Origin: Armatimonadota bacterium
GTDB taxonomy: Bacteria; Armatimonadota; HRBIN16
DNA length: 64,000 nt
Direction: 5' to 3'
NCBI GenBank assembly: GCA_963677485.1
Contig: OY781964.1
Location: 704,001-768,000 of the forward strand
Part shown: positions 53,801 through 63,700 of the stretch, piece after piece
How positions within the stretch are numbered: the stretch's first letter is position 1
How the letters are laid out: every line of letters begins with the position of its first letter
Notes under the pieces: model-generated
The model's input: the letters and a program-made list of their open reading frames with translations, nothing else
Databases searched by the model: none
What the model was told of the DNA's origin: nothing
Made by a program: the position numbers and the translations under genes

Positions 53801-54430
53801 CCCTCACAAGATGCAGCATGGGTTGAAGCTGATATGGACGGCAAGCTGACACTGAACGCAACCAGCTCTGGTCTGTTCCAGGTTACGGGCACAAACAAAG
53901 ATAATACGACACTTACAGTGAAAGCACTGCACACCCAATCCATCAACAGCACCTGGCAAGTAGGATTCAAACCCGGCTGGGATGCCCCCGCCACCGCCAC
54001 GTTCCCCAAGTTGATCGACTGGACGAAAAGCGAAGACAAGGGCATCAAATACTACTCGGGAACAGCGACCTATACCACGCGGTTCACTGTGCAGAAGGCC
54101 ATCCAATCAGCAAACCAGCGGGTTTACCTCGACCTGGGCAAGGTCTGCGTCTTCGCCAACGTGAAGCTCAACGGCAAGGACATGGGCACCCTATGGAAAC
54201 CGCCGTTCCGAGTGGACGTGACCGATGTGCTGATACCTGGCAGCAACGAGCTGCAGGTTCAAATCACCAACAACTGGGTGAACCAGCTCATCCGCGACCA
54301 GCAACGCCCGGCAAGCCAGAAGAAGACATCGCTTCCCTGGCAGGTCTACAACGCCAACTCACCGCTGCAAACCAGCGGTTTGCTTGGCCCTGTAAAGCTG
54401 ATCACCGAAGCACGCATTCCGTTGAAGTAA
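50837..54430 (+). CDS. Secreted GH106-like glycoside hydrolase, paralogue 2
   Basis: Same motifs as, and colinear with, 47031-50615. Confidence 0.85.
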   Translation: MHKNNSKAVIIASMLMMTTCAFAADALVSGWQKPPDTAKPRTWWHWMHGNITKQGITRDLEAMKRVGIGGATIFNASLAPKGKVLFFTPEWHEMMVFAAKEANRLGLELSMHNSEGWSSSGGPWVKPVDAMKMLVYSETRVTSDTSKVALAQPYTRLNTYGDVSVIAFPTPAAEQHAMLPSAVLTVAGSSEPLSNPQRLWDGDVKTTVRIPASQSDGGSVLDIEFKQPTEVRQLTLAQCVNMCDTITLEAATASGQWQQLGQWSGNMLGDRPDWRGSWPCTPAKASHYRIIFKRPSNGRIELGELSLDAGARVPNIDTKTYSVHAGQPAERQKSTVPAGSAINPASVIDITRHMQADGNLDWRPTSGDWTVIRFGWTPISVQNHPASEEGIGLEIDKLNYEAVSGFYKVAVGTIVKNMGPLAGTTLKNILIDSYETGPQNWTPGFEAIFKDHTKYSITTWMPALTGRYVGNDEQTERFLWDFRKTIGDRWAQVYYDAFRKLCHADGMLLESEPYGDGPINSVLNGALSDVPMTEFWAGTDGYADTTYQVASGAHIGGRRVIGAEAFTGNADSWQYGPFEIKRLGETQWCLGVNRYIFHTTALQYDEKLPGMALGPHGMHFDRHNTWFEQSAVWMKYIARSQYLLQQGNFVADVLHLAEEGTMEGTDDIGLPFGWRSDRIVAPFLMRASVKNGLIVLPSGMSYRLLVLPSSGRLSVPTLRKIRDLVDAGATIMGNPPTETPGLSAYPGCDAQLKSIANSLWGANRTKRKLNWSKVGKGLVLDTMPIQLALNRIGVLPDLKVLNSYKQVSFIHRRTANADIYFVCNTGEEPAQLQMSFRTTGRIPELWHPDSGKTERASSYTSNKETTTLPIRLDGTGSVFVVFRTKSTAPAPVRLVKQSASSAPAKLPLKILSAQYGVLGDDSRTMDVTQLVTKLVKANSLEMLASNTTFGRDPAGLVVKGFYIKYQLGSEIIEKSVGENTTILIQAQGPSQDAAWVEADMDGKLTLNATSSGLFQVTGTNKDNTTLTVKALHTQSINSTWQVGFKPGWDAPATATFPKLIDWTKSEDKGIKYYSGTATYTTRFTVQKAIQSANQRVYLDLGKVCVFANVKLNGKDMGTLWKPPFRVDVTDVLIPGSNELQVQITNNWVNQLIRDQQRPASQKKTSLPWQVYNANSPLQTSGLLGPVKLITEARIPLK

Positions 54431-54437
54431 CCCAACC

Positions 54438-54470
54438 AAAAGGGGCACCCAACCGGGTGCCCCTTTTTTT
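54438..54470 (+). terminator. Intrinsic (probably bidirectional) terminator
   Basis: AAAAGGGGCACCC-AACC-GGGTGCCCCTTTTTTT between convergent genes. Confidence 0.85.
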
Positions 54471-54568
54471 CTATTGGACGCATCGGGCGGATCAGACCAC
54501 TATGTTAATTCGTCCGATCTGTCGAATCCGTCCGATGAATAACAATCTAGTTACAACAACCGCTCGTT

Positions 54569-55423
54569 CTACCTGGCTACTATCACCCGGTTTCCCCGCT
54601 CCACGACGGGCAGGAACAGCGGTCGCTCATTGAAGGCGCTGTTGGGCTGGTGTAAACACATGGTAAGCTGCCCCTTCAGGCTGGTAAAGATCATTCCATG
54701 CCCGCCATCATTGGTGTAGATAGGCCATCTCTCTTGAACCCACGGTCCGGTGATTTCACCGCTCAAGGAATGTGCAACCGCCTGGCAGTATCCATCAGCG
54801 GCAAAACTGCTCCACAACATGATCAAATGGCCGTTGCCCAGTCGGTGAAGAAAGCAGCCATCTGTCACTTTGCCTTTTTTTACGGATTCCCAGGGGATAT
54901 CCAAACACCACTTGGCATCACCCGCACGAAACAGCAGCACAGGGGCCCCTACTGGTCGGCTGAGATCATCACTCAGCGGCATGGCACATACCTCACCGTT
55001 ACTGACCTGCACCCATTCGTGGCAGAACACGATCAACGGTTTACCCTTCTTGTCTACATACAGCGAGCCGTCCAGGCACTCCCACTCCGCAGGTGTCACA
55101 GGAAACTGCGATATCGGTACGAAGGGGCCGTCCGGGTTGGCCGACTTGAAAATCTGGGTACCGCGCCGCCTCTTCTCACTATGGATGCTGGCAAAAAGAT
55201 AGTAGCTGCCCTTCCACTCGTGTATCTCAGGTGCCCACCAATCTCGGTCAGCCCAGAAACCAGGTTGCGGTCGGAAGGCTGCGATAGGGCCCTCCCAACT
55301 CTCCAAATCGCTGCTTGTGAAGACGTCGTAGCCCACAGCCACTGTGCCAGTCATGATGTATCGCTGCCTGGCCCGATCGACGACTACAAAGGGATCACGA
55401 ATATGTAAATCAGCTCGTTTCAT
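54569..55423 (-). CDS. Glycoside hydrolase family 43
   Basis: IRDPFV, WWAPEIH, CLDGSLYVD, GGHGMIF; GGAGG RBS before MKRADL. Confidence 0.85.
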   Translation of the reverse strand: MKRADLHIRDPFVVVDRARQRYIMTGTVAVGYDVFTSSDLESWEGPIAAFRPQPGFWADRDWWAPEIHEWKGSYYLFASIHSEKRRRGTQIFKSANPDGPFVPISQFPVTPAEWECLDGSLYVDKKGKPLIVFCHEWVQVSNGEVCAMPLSDDLSRPVGAPVLLFRAGDAKWCLDIPWESVKKGKVTDGCFLHRLGNGHLIMLWSSFAADGYCQAVAHSLSGEITGPWVQERWPIYTNDGGHGMIFTSLKGQLTMCLHQPNSAFNERPLFLPVVERGNRVIVAR

Positions 55424-55493
55424 GCGGTCCTCCTGTGATGTTATACCAACATATCGATTCACCATCGCAGCTTGAGATTCCTGCGATAATTAT

Positions 55494-55511
55494 TTGTGAA
55501 ATAATACACAA
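55494..55511. promoter_or_regulatory. Rex operator (ROP)
   Basis: TTGTGAA-ATAA-TACACAA, one mismatch to TTGTGAANNNNTTCACAA; upstream of a TATAAT and of rex. Confidence 0.85.
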
Positions 55512-55568
55512 TCGCCTCCGAGGCCAGTATAATGTATATATATCTACATGTGGAGGACAGGAGCAGCT

Positions 55569-56231
55569 ATGAGCACCGAAGGTAAACCTAAAGCGATACC
55601 TCAAGCGACTCTCGAGCGCATGGCGACCTATCTGCGAATCGTCAGCGATCTGGACAATCTGGGAACGGAACGCATCTCCTCCAGTGAGATGCAGCAGATA
55701 GCTGGATTTAGCGCGGCTCAGTTCCGTAAAGACCTGAGTTATTTTGGCGATTTTGGCACCCCTGGTGTGGGATATAGTGTTAAACACCTGAGACAGCGCA
55801 TCGCGAAGATTATGAACACCGACCACACGCATTCCGTGCTGCTTGTCGGTGCAGGGAAATTGGGAAGTGCTCTTGCTGAGTATGACATCCTTCGCCAGCA
55901 GAATTTCCACATCATGGCGATTTTTGACACCGATCCCGATAAAATCGGACGCTCCGTGGCGGGCATTACGGTGCATTCGGCGGAGCACATTCATGATGTC
56001 AACAAATGTATCTGCGCACGCCTGGGTATCATCACAGTGCCCGTGGATGTCGCACAGCAAGTAGCGAATCAGTTAGTTGATTCTGGTGTCGAAGGTATTC
56101 TGAACTTCGCAGCTACCATTATCAAAGTACCTGCACACGTAAAAGTCCGCTATTTCAGCATGAAACGTGAACTGGCATTGCTGGCTTACTTCTTGGAACA
56201 CCCCTTCGATGAGTGCCTTGAAGCCGAATAG
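55569..56231 (+). CDS. rex: Redox-sensing transcriptional repressor Rex
   Basis: IPQATLERMATY, QFRKDLSYFGDFGTPGVGY, VGAGKLG, GILNFA. Confidence 0.95.
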   Translation: MSTEGKPKAIPQATLERMATYLRIVSDLDNLGTERISSSEMQQIAGFSAAQFRKDLSYFGDFGTPGVGYSVKHLRQRIAKIMNTDHTHSVLLVGAGKLGSALAEYDILRQQNFHIMAIFDTDPDKIGRSVAGITVHSAEHIHDVNKCICARLGIITVPVDVAQQVANQLVDSGVEGILNFAATIIKVPAHVKVRYFSMKRELALLAYFLEHPFDECLEAE

Positions 56232-57105
56232 CTTCACGCTCGATATTACCCCGCATGAACTTCGACTTGAGGTCTCTCTGTGCTGTGGAATGAGCTTCCG
56301 ATGGCAACCGCTCTCTGAGCATGAGTGGCAAGGGGTGTTGGGCAGCGCGGAGCTGCGGTTGGAGCAAACAGCAGATAATGTGATTTGCCATGTTGTCAGC
56401 GGCACGATAGAGCGTTCTGTGCTGCATGACTACTTCCAACTCGAAACACCCCTCGTCCCTCTGGTGGCTCACTGGGCAAAAGCCGATGCGCGGTTGGCGG
56501 AAGTGGCACCAGCTTTTCGCGGTCTGCGTGTGTTACGCATGGATCCCTTTGAGTGCCTGATTAGCTTCATATGCAGCAGTGCGAATCACATCAGGCGAAT
56601 CACGGGTATGGTTAACAGGTTGTGCCAGCATCTAGGTGATGAGCTGCCATGCGGTGGATACAGTTTTCCGTCGGTCAGCCGTGTCGCGGAGTGCCAGTCA
56701 CAGCAGTTGCGTTCACTTGGGTTTGGTTATCGCGCGGAGTTTGTAGTAAACGCGGCTCGGATGGTTCAAGCACAAGGGGAAGGCTGGCTGGAAAGCCTAC
56801 GAGGTGTGAGTTATCAAGAAGCACACACCGCGCTACAACAGCTTCCGGGTGTCGGGGCCAAGGTGGCCGATTGCGTCTGTCTCTTCGCCCTGGATAAGCC
56901 CGGAGCCATCCCTGTGGACACCCATGTGTGGCAAATTGCCCGGCGTGACTACGGCCTGTTCGCGGATGCAAAATCCATCACGCCTAAAATCTACGCCGGC
57001 ATCGGTGACTTCTTCCGCGAACGGTTTGGTGAGCACGCTGGATGGGCACACAACCTGCTGTTTGCCGCTGATCTGCCCATCTATCGCGACCGATTGGGCT
57101 GTTGA
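56209..57105 (+). CDS. 8-oxoguanine DNA glycosylase (OGG1-like, HhH-GPD)
   Basis: CGMSFRW, DPFECLISFICSS, LPGVGAKVADCVCLF, PVDTHV; start uncertain. Confidence 0.88.
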   Translation: MSALKPNSFTLDITPHELRLEVSLCCGMSFRWQPLSEHEWQGVLGSAELRLEQTADNVICHVVSGTIERSVLHDYFQLETPLVPLVAHWAKADARLAEVAPAFRGLRVLRMDPFECLISFICSSANHIRRITGMVNRLCQHLGDELPCGGYSFPSVSRVAECQSQQLRSLGFGYRAEFVVNAARMVQAQGEGWLESLRGVSYQEAHTALQQLPGVGAKVADCVCLFALDKPGAIPVDTHVWQIARRDYGLFADAKSITPKIYAGIGDFFRERFGEHAGWAHNLLFAADLPIYRDRLGC

Positions 57106-57142
57106 ACTGAAAGCCTTCGCTCACTACAACGGTGACCTTCCG

Positions 57143-58138
57143 TTAGCCTAGCTGCAAGTCCGTGCTGTGCCCCGGGAAAAACTTCGCTTCGCTATCCAGC
57201 TTCATCTTGATGGCATTCACAGCGATCGCCGCTTCCCCCACGGCTGTGGCGATCAGCTTCAGTTTAGCCGGATGATCGGTCACATCTCCAGCCGAATAGA
57301 CCATCGGCAAGTTGGTGGCCATAAACTCATCAACATAGATGTTGCTTCGGTTGACATTCAACCCCCAGCTCTCATATCCCCTCATTCCGGCCAGGAACCC
57401 GATATTGACCAGCACGGTATCGACATCCAGCGTGGTCATCTCCTCGGTCTTGGTGTTCTGCACGGTGACACCGTGGATGATGGGGGCCTCACCATGTATC
57501 TCCCGCGCTTCCGTGAAAGTCAACACCTTCACGCGGCTCGCGGCCAGGCTCTGAAGGCTCTGCTCGTGCGCACGGAAAGTATCACGGCGGTGTATCAACG
57601 TCACGCTTGCGGCTAGCGGTTCGGCGGCCAGTGCCCAGTCAACCGCACTATCTCCCCCGCCCACTATCAGTGTTTTTTTGCCTTCAAGTGCCTTGAGTTG
57701 CTTGACGAAATAGAGCAGGCTGGTGCCCTCGTATAGTTCCGCATCAGGCACCTCCAACGGGCGCGGCACAAAAGCTCCTGCCCCAGTACATATCAACAGC
57801 GACTTTGTGAAGTATTCACCCTTATCCGTGTGCAGCGAATAGACCTCGGCAGCTTGATCCCAGCGAAGTTGCGTGGTGCGCTCTTCCAGGCACACCTGTG
57901 GCTTGAAGCGCATCGCCTGTGCTATCATCCCATCTGCAAGTCCACGGGCAGTGACTTCAGGAAATCCGGGCATGTCGTAGATGGGTTTTTCGGGGTATAG
58001 GGCGGTCAATTGGCCACCGAGTTGGGGGAGGCAATCAATAACGCGGGTGCTGAGTTCCCTCAGCCCCGCATAAAAGGCGGCGAATAATCCGGTTGGGCCG
58101 CCGCCTATAATTGTGATGTCAGTAGGGTTATTATTCAT
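57143..58138 (-). CDS. Ferredoxin--NADP+ reductase, TrxR-type (YumC-like)
   Basis: IIGGGPTG, LYPEKPIYD, GGGDSAVDWA, HRRD, C-terminal PGHST; no CxxC. Confidence 0.88.
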   Translation of the reverse strand: MNNNPTDITIIGGGPTGLFAAFYAGLRELSTRVIDCLPQLGGQLTALYPEKPIYDMPGFPEVTARGLADGMIAQAMRFKPQVCLEERTTQLRWDQAAEVYSLHTDKGEYFTKSLLICTGAGAFVPRPLEVPDAELYEGTSLLYFVKQLKALEGKKTLIVGGGDSAVDWALAAEPLAASVTLIHRRDTFRAHEQSLQSLAASRVKVLTFTEAREIHGEAPIIHGVTVQNTKTEEMTTLDVDTVLVNIGFLAGMRGYESWGLNVNRSNIYVDEFMATNLPMVYSAGDVTDHPAKLKLIATAVGEAAIAVNAIKMKLDSEAKFFPGHSTDLQLG

Positions 58139-58147
58139 AACCCTATT

Positions 58148-59245
58148 TTACCCGTTCTTGGTTTGGAACTCCTGCATGAATTGAACAAGAGCCTTCACAC
58201 CTTCAGCGGGCATGGCATTGTAGATCGATGCTCGGATGCCGCCCACGCTTCGATGACCCTTCAGCTCCCACAGACCAGCAGCCTTGGCTTCAGTCACGAA
58301 CTTGGCTTCCAGCTCATCGCTGGGCAGGCGCCAGGTGACGTTCATCATCGAGCGGCTCGAAGGAACAGCGTGGCCCTTATAGTAGCCGTTGCTGCCGTCG
58401 ATCGCACTATACAACCAGCCGGCCTTTTCCTGGTTCAGCTTCTGCATCGCATCCAGCCCACCGACGGTATCCTTGATCCAGCGGGTGACCAACGAGATGA
58501 TATAGATGGTAAATGCTGGCGGCGTGTTATACAGCGAGTTGTTTTTGATATGGGTTCGGTAATCGATCATGCTTGGCAGGCCATCCGGAATACGGGCAAC
58601 CATATCATCACGGATGATCACCACTGCCGCACCGGCAGGCCCGATGTTCTTCTGCGCACCAGCATAGATCAAACCATACTTACTGACATCCATCGGGCGA
58701 GATAAGAAGTCCGATGAGGCGTCGCATACCAGCGGAGCTGCACTGGCAGGTTCGGTCTGGAACTCCACACCTTGAATGGTCTCATTACTGGTGATGTGGG
58801 TATAAACGGCGTTGGGATCCAGGTTCAACTCGCTATCGGCAGGCACGTGGTTGTAGTTGTCCGCTTTGCCATCCCAGGCCACATTGGTCTTGCCGAAAAG
58901 TTTGGCTTCGGCCAGCGCCTTTTTGCCCCAGGTTCCCGTTAATATGTAGTTAGCTGTCTCTTCTTTTCCCAATATGTTGGCTGGAATAGTCGCAAACTGG
59001 GTACTGGCTCCGCCGCCAACAAACAGCACGTGGTAGCCTTCGGGCAGGCCCAGAAGCTGCTTGATGTTGTTGATGGCTTCGTCCAGGATCGCTTCAAATA
59101 CTTTGCTTCGGTGACTGATCTCCAGGATAGATGCTCCCCCACCGGGCAGGCAGAGAAGATCAGCTTGAGCCTGCTCAAGAACAGGCATGGGAAGCACGGC
59201 TGGGCCGGCGGTGAAACTGTAAACGCGAGATGCGTGATTGTTCAT
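58148..59245 (-). CDS. serC: Phosphoserine aminotransferase
   Basis: FTAGPAVLP, EISHRS, NETIQG, AGAQKNIGPAG, GHRSVGGIRASIYNA. Confidence 0.96.
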   Translation of the reverse strand: MNNHASRVYSFTAGPAVLPMPVLEQAQADLLCLPGGGASILEISHRSKVFEAILDEAINNIKQLLGLPEGYHVLFVGGGASTQFATIPANILGKEETANYILTGTWGKKALAEAKLFGKTNVAWDGKADNYNHVPADSELNLDPNAVYTHITSNETIQGVEFQTEPASAAPLVCDASSDFLSRPMDVSKYGLIYAGAQKNIGPAGAAVVIIRDDMVARIPDGLPSMIDYRTHIKNNSLYNTPPAFTIYIISLVTRWIKDTVGGLDAMQKLNQEKAGWLYSAIDGSNGYYKGHAVPSSRSMMNVTWRLPSDELEAKFVTEAKAAGLWELKGHRSVGGIRASIYNAMPAEGVKALVQFMQEFQTKNG

Positions 59246-59461
59246 GGTTTTATTCTCCTGAAAGGCAGATTGCTTAATGGTGGTGCTTGCGCCATTGACA
59301 GCCCATATTGCAGCTTTTATGACAGGCGGATACTGATAGCCCCATGGTCAATAAGGCCATCACCACACGATTCAGTGTATCATAATGATAATCAGACGCA
59401 CGATAAATCACTCTGAAATGAGCAAGCGATATTGTGCGATCGACGTGATGGAGAACATCGG

Positions 59462-59692
59462 ATGGATTTTCCTAAAAACCGGTTGAAGATCACCAAGCAT
59501 AAGGGAACCCGGACAAGTGAGCAGGGCTGGCTGGTGCTGGATATCAAAGGGATTGACCTGGATGGCGTAAACGAGATAGTGATTTCGATGGCAGATGTCA
59601 CTGGATTGAATGAAGAACCTGCGCCACAAGATGATCCACTGGCAAAGCTCGCTCAGTTCCTCCAGGACAAACAAAGTCACAGCGACGAGTAA
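59462..59692 (+). CDS. Small hypothetical protein
   Basis: GGAG upstream of MDFPKNRL; co-oriented with thyX. Confidence 0.5.
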   Translation: MDFPKNRLKITKHKGTRTSEQGWLVLDIKGIDLDGVNEIVISMADVTGLNEEPAPQDDPLAKLAQFLQDKQSHSDE

Positions 59693-59790
59693 GCCTCAAG
59701 GCAGCACGAGTCGTCGCGGCATCGCCTGTGGACATCCGTTTTATGCAGTGGGCATAGCCTCGCTGGCATTCAGCAAGGAGTAATAATAAC

Positions 59791-60612
59791 ATGACCGATA
59801 CGCACAGCGTATCTCCGATGAAAGTGAAACTCATATTCCCGACACCTGATGTCGCGAAGGATTATTATAGACAGATCGTCTTTCTGGCCTGCAAACTGTG
59901 CTACAGCGAATCAAGCCCCGAAGAGATCTGGGAAAACTTGCAATCAGGCAAGATTACCGATAAGAAAATCGAGAGCCTGATCAACAAGGTGGTCGCTTCA
60001 GGGCATCACAGTACCATCGAGCACATTGTGTTTTCATTTGCCATTTCAAGCGTAAGCCGAACGCTGACACATCAACTTGTGCGGCACCGTATCGGCGTCG
60101 CGTTTGATCAGCAAAGCCAGCGATATGTCTCCCTGTCGTCTCCGGTTTTCGTGGAACCCCCCACCATAGCAGAGAACAGTGAAGCTCATGGTCTGTATCA
60201 ACAAGCGCAGCAGCAAATGGCTCAGACCTATGACCAGTTACTGAAGTTAGGCATACCATCTGAAGACGCCCGGTTTGTGTTTCCTCAAGGTGTATGCAGT
60301 AACCTCATCATGACAGTGAACCTTCGGGAGTTGATCCACATCAGCGGATTACGGCTATGCAGTTTGGCCCAATGGGAAATCAGGTCGATGTTCCAGAAGG
60401 TTCGTGCAGAAGTGAAGCAAGTCTCACCTTATTTTTCGCGGATGATGGTGCCCCACTGTGTGAATGAAGGGTTCTGCTCCGAACTAGGCAATAAGAACGG
60501 TCATTGCCGCATTCGTCCACACATTGACCAGGTGCAGGCAATCTACACTCGCTGGAAAAACGGTGAACTGGTCGATGCGCCTGAAACTGATTCCTCAGGC
60601 GAAAATGATTAG
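59791..60612 (+). CDS. thyX: FAD-dependent thymidylate synthase
   Basis: GHHSTIEH, SRTLTHQLVRHR, QQSQRY, EDARFV, AQWEIR. Confidence 0.95.
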   Translation: MTDTHSVSPMKVKLIFPTPDVAKDYYRQIVFLACKLCYSESSPEEIWENLQSGKITDKKIESLINKVVASGHHSTIEHIVFSFAISSVSRTLTHQLVRHRIGVAFDQQSQRYVSLSSPVFVEPPTIAENSEAHGLYQQAQQQMAQTYDQLLKLGIPSEDARFVFPQGVCSNLIMTVNLRELIHISGLRLCSLAQWEIRSMFQKVRAEVKQVSPYFSRMMVPHCVNEGFCSELGNKNGHCRIRPHIDQVQAIYTRWKNGELVDAPETDSSGEND

Positions 60613-60783
60613 CTTGAAGACATGCTAAAAACACGCTAAATCACGATATCTGCTACCTCGAGATGGTCGTTTTTAGAATTCGCACTGATTCTGGTTATTT
60701 TCATCCGAAAAACCATGAAGAACGACAGATATCGGGGTATACTTTGAAATAGTAGTTATATCTCAACTTGGTGATGCCCTTAT

Positions 60784-63700
60784 ATGGCCAATTTATGGCA
60801 AAACAATCTCGATGTATCGGCCTTCCTCAACGGCTCGCTGATCATCGTCATATCGTATCTATCACTGATGATTTCCAGATTACAACGATCTCATAAGTGG
60901 TGGGTATGGCTCATATTGGCATCGCTACTGCTGGGATGCGCCTCCTGGTTTGATATCTTACTGCTGAGCTCCAGTAATGTAGCTGGTCCCCCATGGGTAT
61001 CGTTCGTAATTAAGTTCGTCGGTTTTGTGTGCCTCGCGGCCTTTGCTGATGCTCTTTTAAAAAGCAGCGGTGGTTCGCAGAAGTTCCTTAGTTATGCGGT
61101 ATTAGCAGCCTCGGCTCTCACTATATATAGCATCAATGGTGGCGTTGCTGTGGCCACGTCTGTGATGTACCTTAGCCTTTTTGTGCCAACCTGCGTGGTC
61201 ATCGGCGTAGCTGTGTGGCGGCATCTTCGGACAGAACCGCCGGTTCGTCCCGCCTCATCCTGGGTATTCATTGCCGTGTCGATTTTGCTGGCTGTCTCCA
61301 ATATCCTATTACCTCTGCGAACCCTCTCGCCCTACATAGTGATCACAGAGCGAATTGAGATTACGGTATTAGCTTGGTCCAGCTTAATACATATACTCAC
61401 CCTTTTATTATGTATCTGCGGAATGTTAATGCACCTGAGGTTTCTCAGCTCCACACCGGCTAACCGCGATTACTTCAACAGAGTTTTGGTTACCACCTGT
61501 GTTGCCGTGGTGGCGTCCGGAGGATTCAGCATATGTGCCTACACCAGCGGAATTAGCGCCATCAATAAAGCTTACGAAAGTGTAATGCAGTCATCAAATA
61601 GTCTGGCGGACCAGCTCCAAACCACTAAATCTCTAGGACGCAGAGCCGCTAGCTCCGAGCGGTATGGCATGTTGTTCAACACCATGATCAATACACCCGC
61701 ACTGCAAAGCCTGCGCCTTGTTCATGGGGCGGCTACTAATGGTGAGTACGACCAGATCGTCGCTGTTGACAGTCCGACACTGAACCTGGGGTGGCCCGCC
61801 CAATTCAAGCATGTATTCATTTTGGACAAACTTGATGATCCTAAGAATGCTGTTTTAACTGCTGAGAGCTCGCATCTTTTCATTGTCCGCAAACCATTCC
61901 TCCTTCGCATCCCGCTCTTTATGAGCGGCATCATCTTGACCAGCCTCTGGCTGCTCATTGGCACCGTGATGGCCAGTAGTAAACTGCTGGCGGATGAGCG
62001 GCAATTGACAGCCAGTAGTATCGACAAACAACAACTCCGTATCAACAAGATTTTCCATTGCAGCCAGATCGGTATGGCTGTGCTAAACCAAAACGGCGAT
62101 GTGGTGGAAGTGAACGACGCGACATGCCGCTTCCTGGGCCGCAGCAACAGTGAACTGGGAGGAATGAACCTCAACCTTCTGATCTGGCGTGACGACTACC
62201 CGGACATTCAGACCGAACTCGCCCGGATTTCTGGCAACGAAAACGAGATTTACACCACCGAAGTACGCTTCGCCCGGCCCGACACCCGGCAAGTCTGGGC
62301 TCTGGTAAACCTAATGTATGAGCCTGGCGAGTCTGGTGAACAAGCGCATATCATCATGCAGCTACAGGACATCACCTCACGCAAGCAAGATGAAGACCAA
62401 CTGCGGCATAGCTGGGAAATGCTGCAAGTGTTGCTGAACGCACCGGATTACGGTGTATTCCTGCTGAACCCAGATGGAACGACACTGCTTTGTAACGAGA
62501 ATGCCGCACGACGATGCGGATTGTGTATGGACAAGATGGCGGGCGTCAGACCGCTTGATGAACTGAGCCCTGAAAACAAAGAGTTCCGTATTAATCAGCT
62601 TGATCGGGTTGTGAATAATGCCATCCCGATCAGGTTCGAAGATGCCACCGAAAAATACACCACTACTGTTGCCATGTGGCCAGTGTGCGACGAAAATGGA
62701 TCAGTCGCTACCGTAGCCCTTTTCGTGCAGGACACCACCGAGATGCTGCACAACAAGCTTGAGCTGGCCCGAGTTACGCAACAAGCCGCCGACTTAAAGA
62801 CTATCCTGGACCGTAGCAATGTGATGGTCATGCGTTCAACTGTTCACGGTGATAAGGTGGTGAACATATTCATAGGCGGTAACCTGAACATGCTGGGATA
62901 CCCCGTCGAGTTCTATACTGCCCCCAACTTCCGATGGGATAGTATCCTTGCCGATACCGATAATGACCGTACACAGGATGAGTTCTGGCGGCGATATCAT
63001 GCAGGCGAACAGGAGTTCGTTCTGGAAGCTAGGCTGTGTGATGCCAAGAGCAGAGAGCAATGGTATACACTCACTGTGAATGTGTCGCACGACCAGCTTG
63101 GTAATAAAACAGGCTTTGAGCTCGTAGTCAGTAATGTCAACAGCCTGCGTGTTGCCGAATACGAAACCCGCACCATGGAACAGCGCATGATACAGGCCCA
63201 GAAATATGAGAGCCTCGCTGTATTGGCCGGCGGTATTGCACACGATCTGAACAACAACCTGATGACCATCATCGGCAACGCAGAACTGCTGCTGGATGGC
63301 ATCTCAGCCGACGTCACCGCATCGCTGCAGGACACTCTGTCGGCGGCTCAACGGGCCGCTAAGCTTTCCGAGCAGATGCTGGCTTTCTCGGGACGTGGTA
63401 TCTTCCACTTGACCCCTTGCCACTTTAACTCCCTGCTTGCAGACACCATTGATAGTATCCGCACTCATATACCGCCTAAGGTGAAGCTACACCAACACCT
63501 CAACGGTGATATCCTTCAAGTGCTTGCTGACCACTCGCAGATGGCCCAAGTGATTACGAACCTGTGCATGAACGCGGTGGAAGCAATGACCACTGGTGAG
63601 GGCAATCTCGCCATCAGCACAGAGGAGCGTTACTTAACAGGCAATGAGCAGTTCGGTGCCCACACAGGCGTCATCAAACCCGGCCGATATGTGGCGTTGG

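Noticed and set aside
59693-59790. Riboswitch upstream of thyX (or upstream of serC or guaB)
   Set aside because: No recognisable ZTP, THF or purine aptamer consensus by eye; an Infernal scan would be needed.
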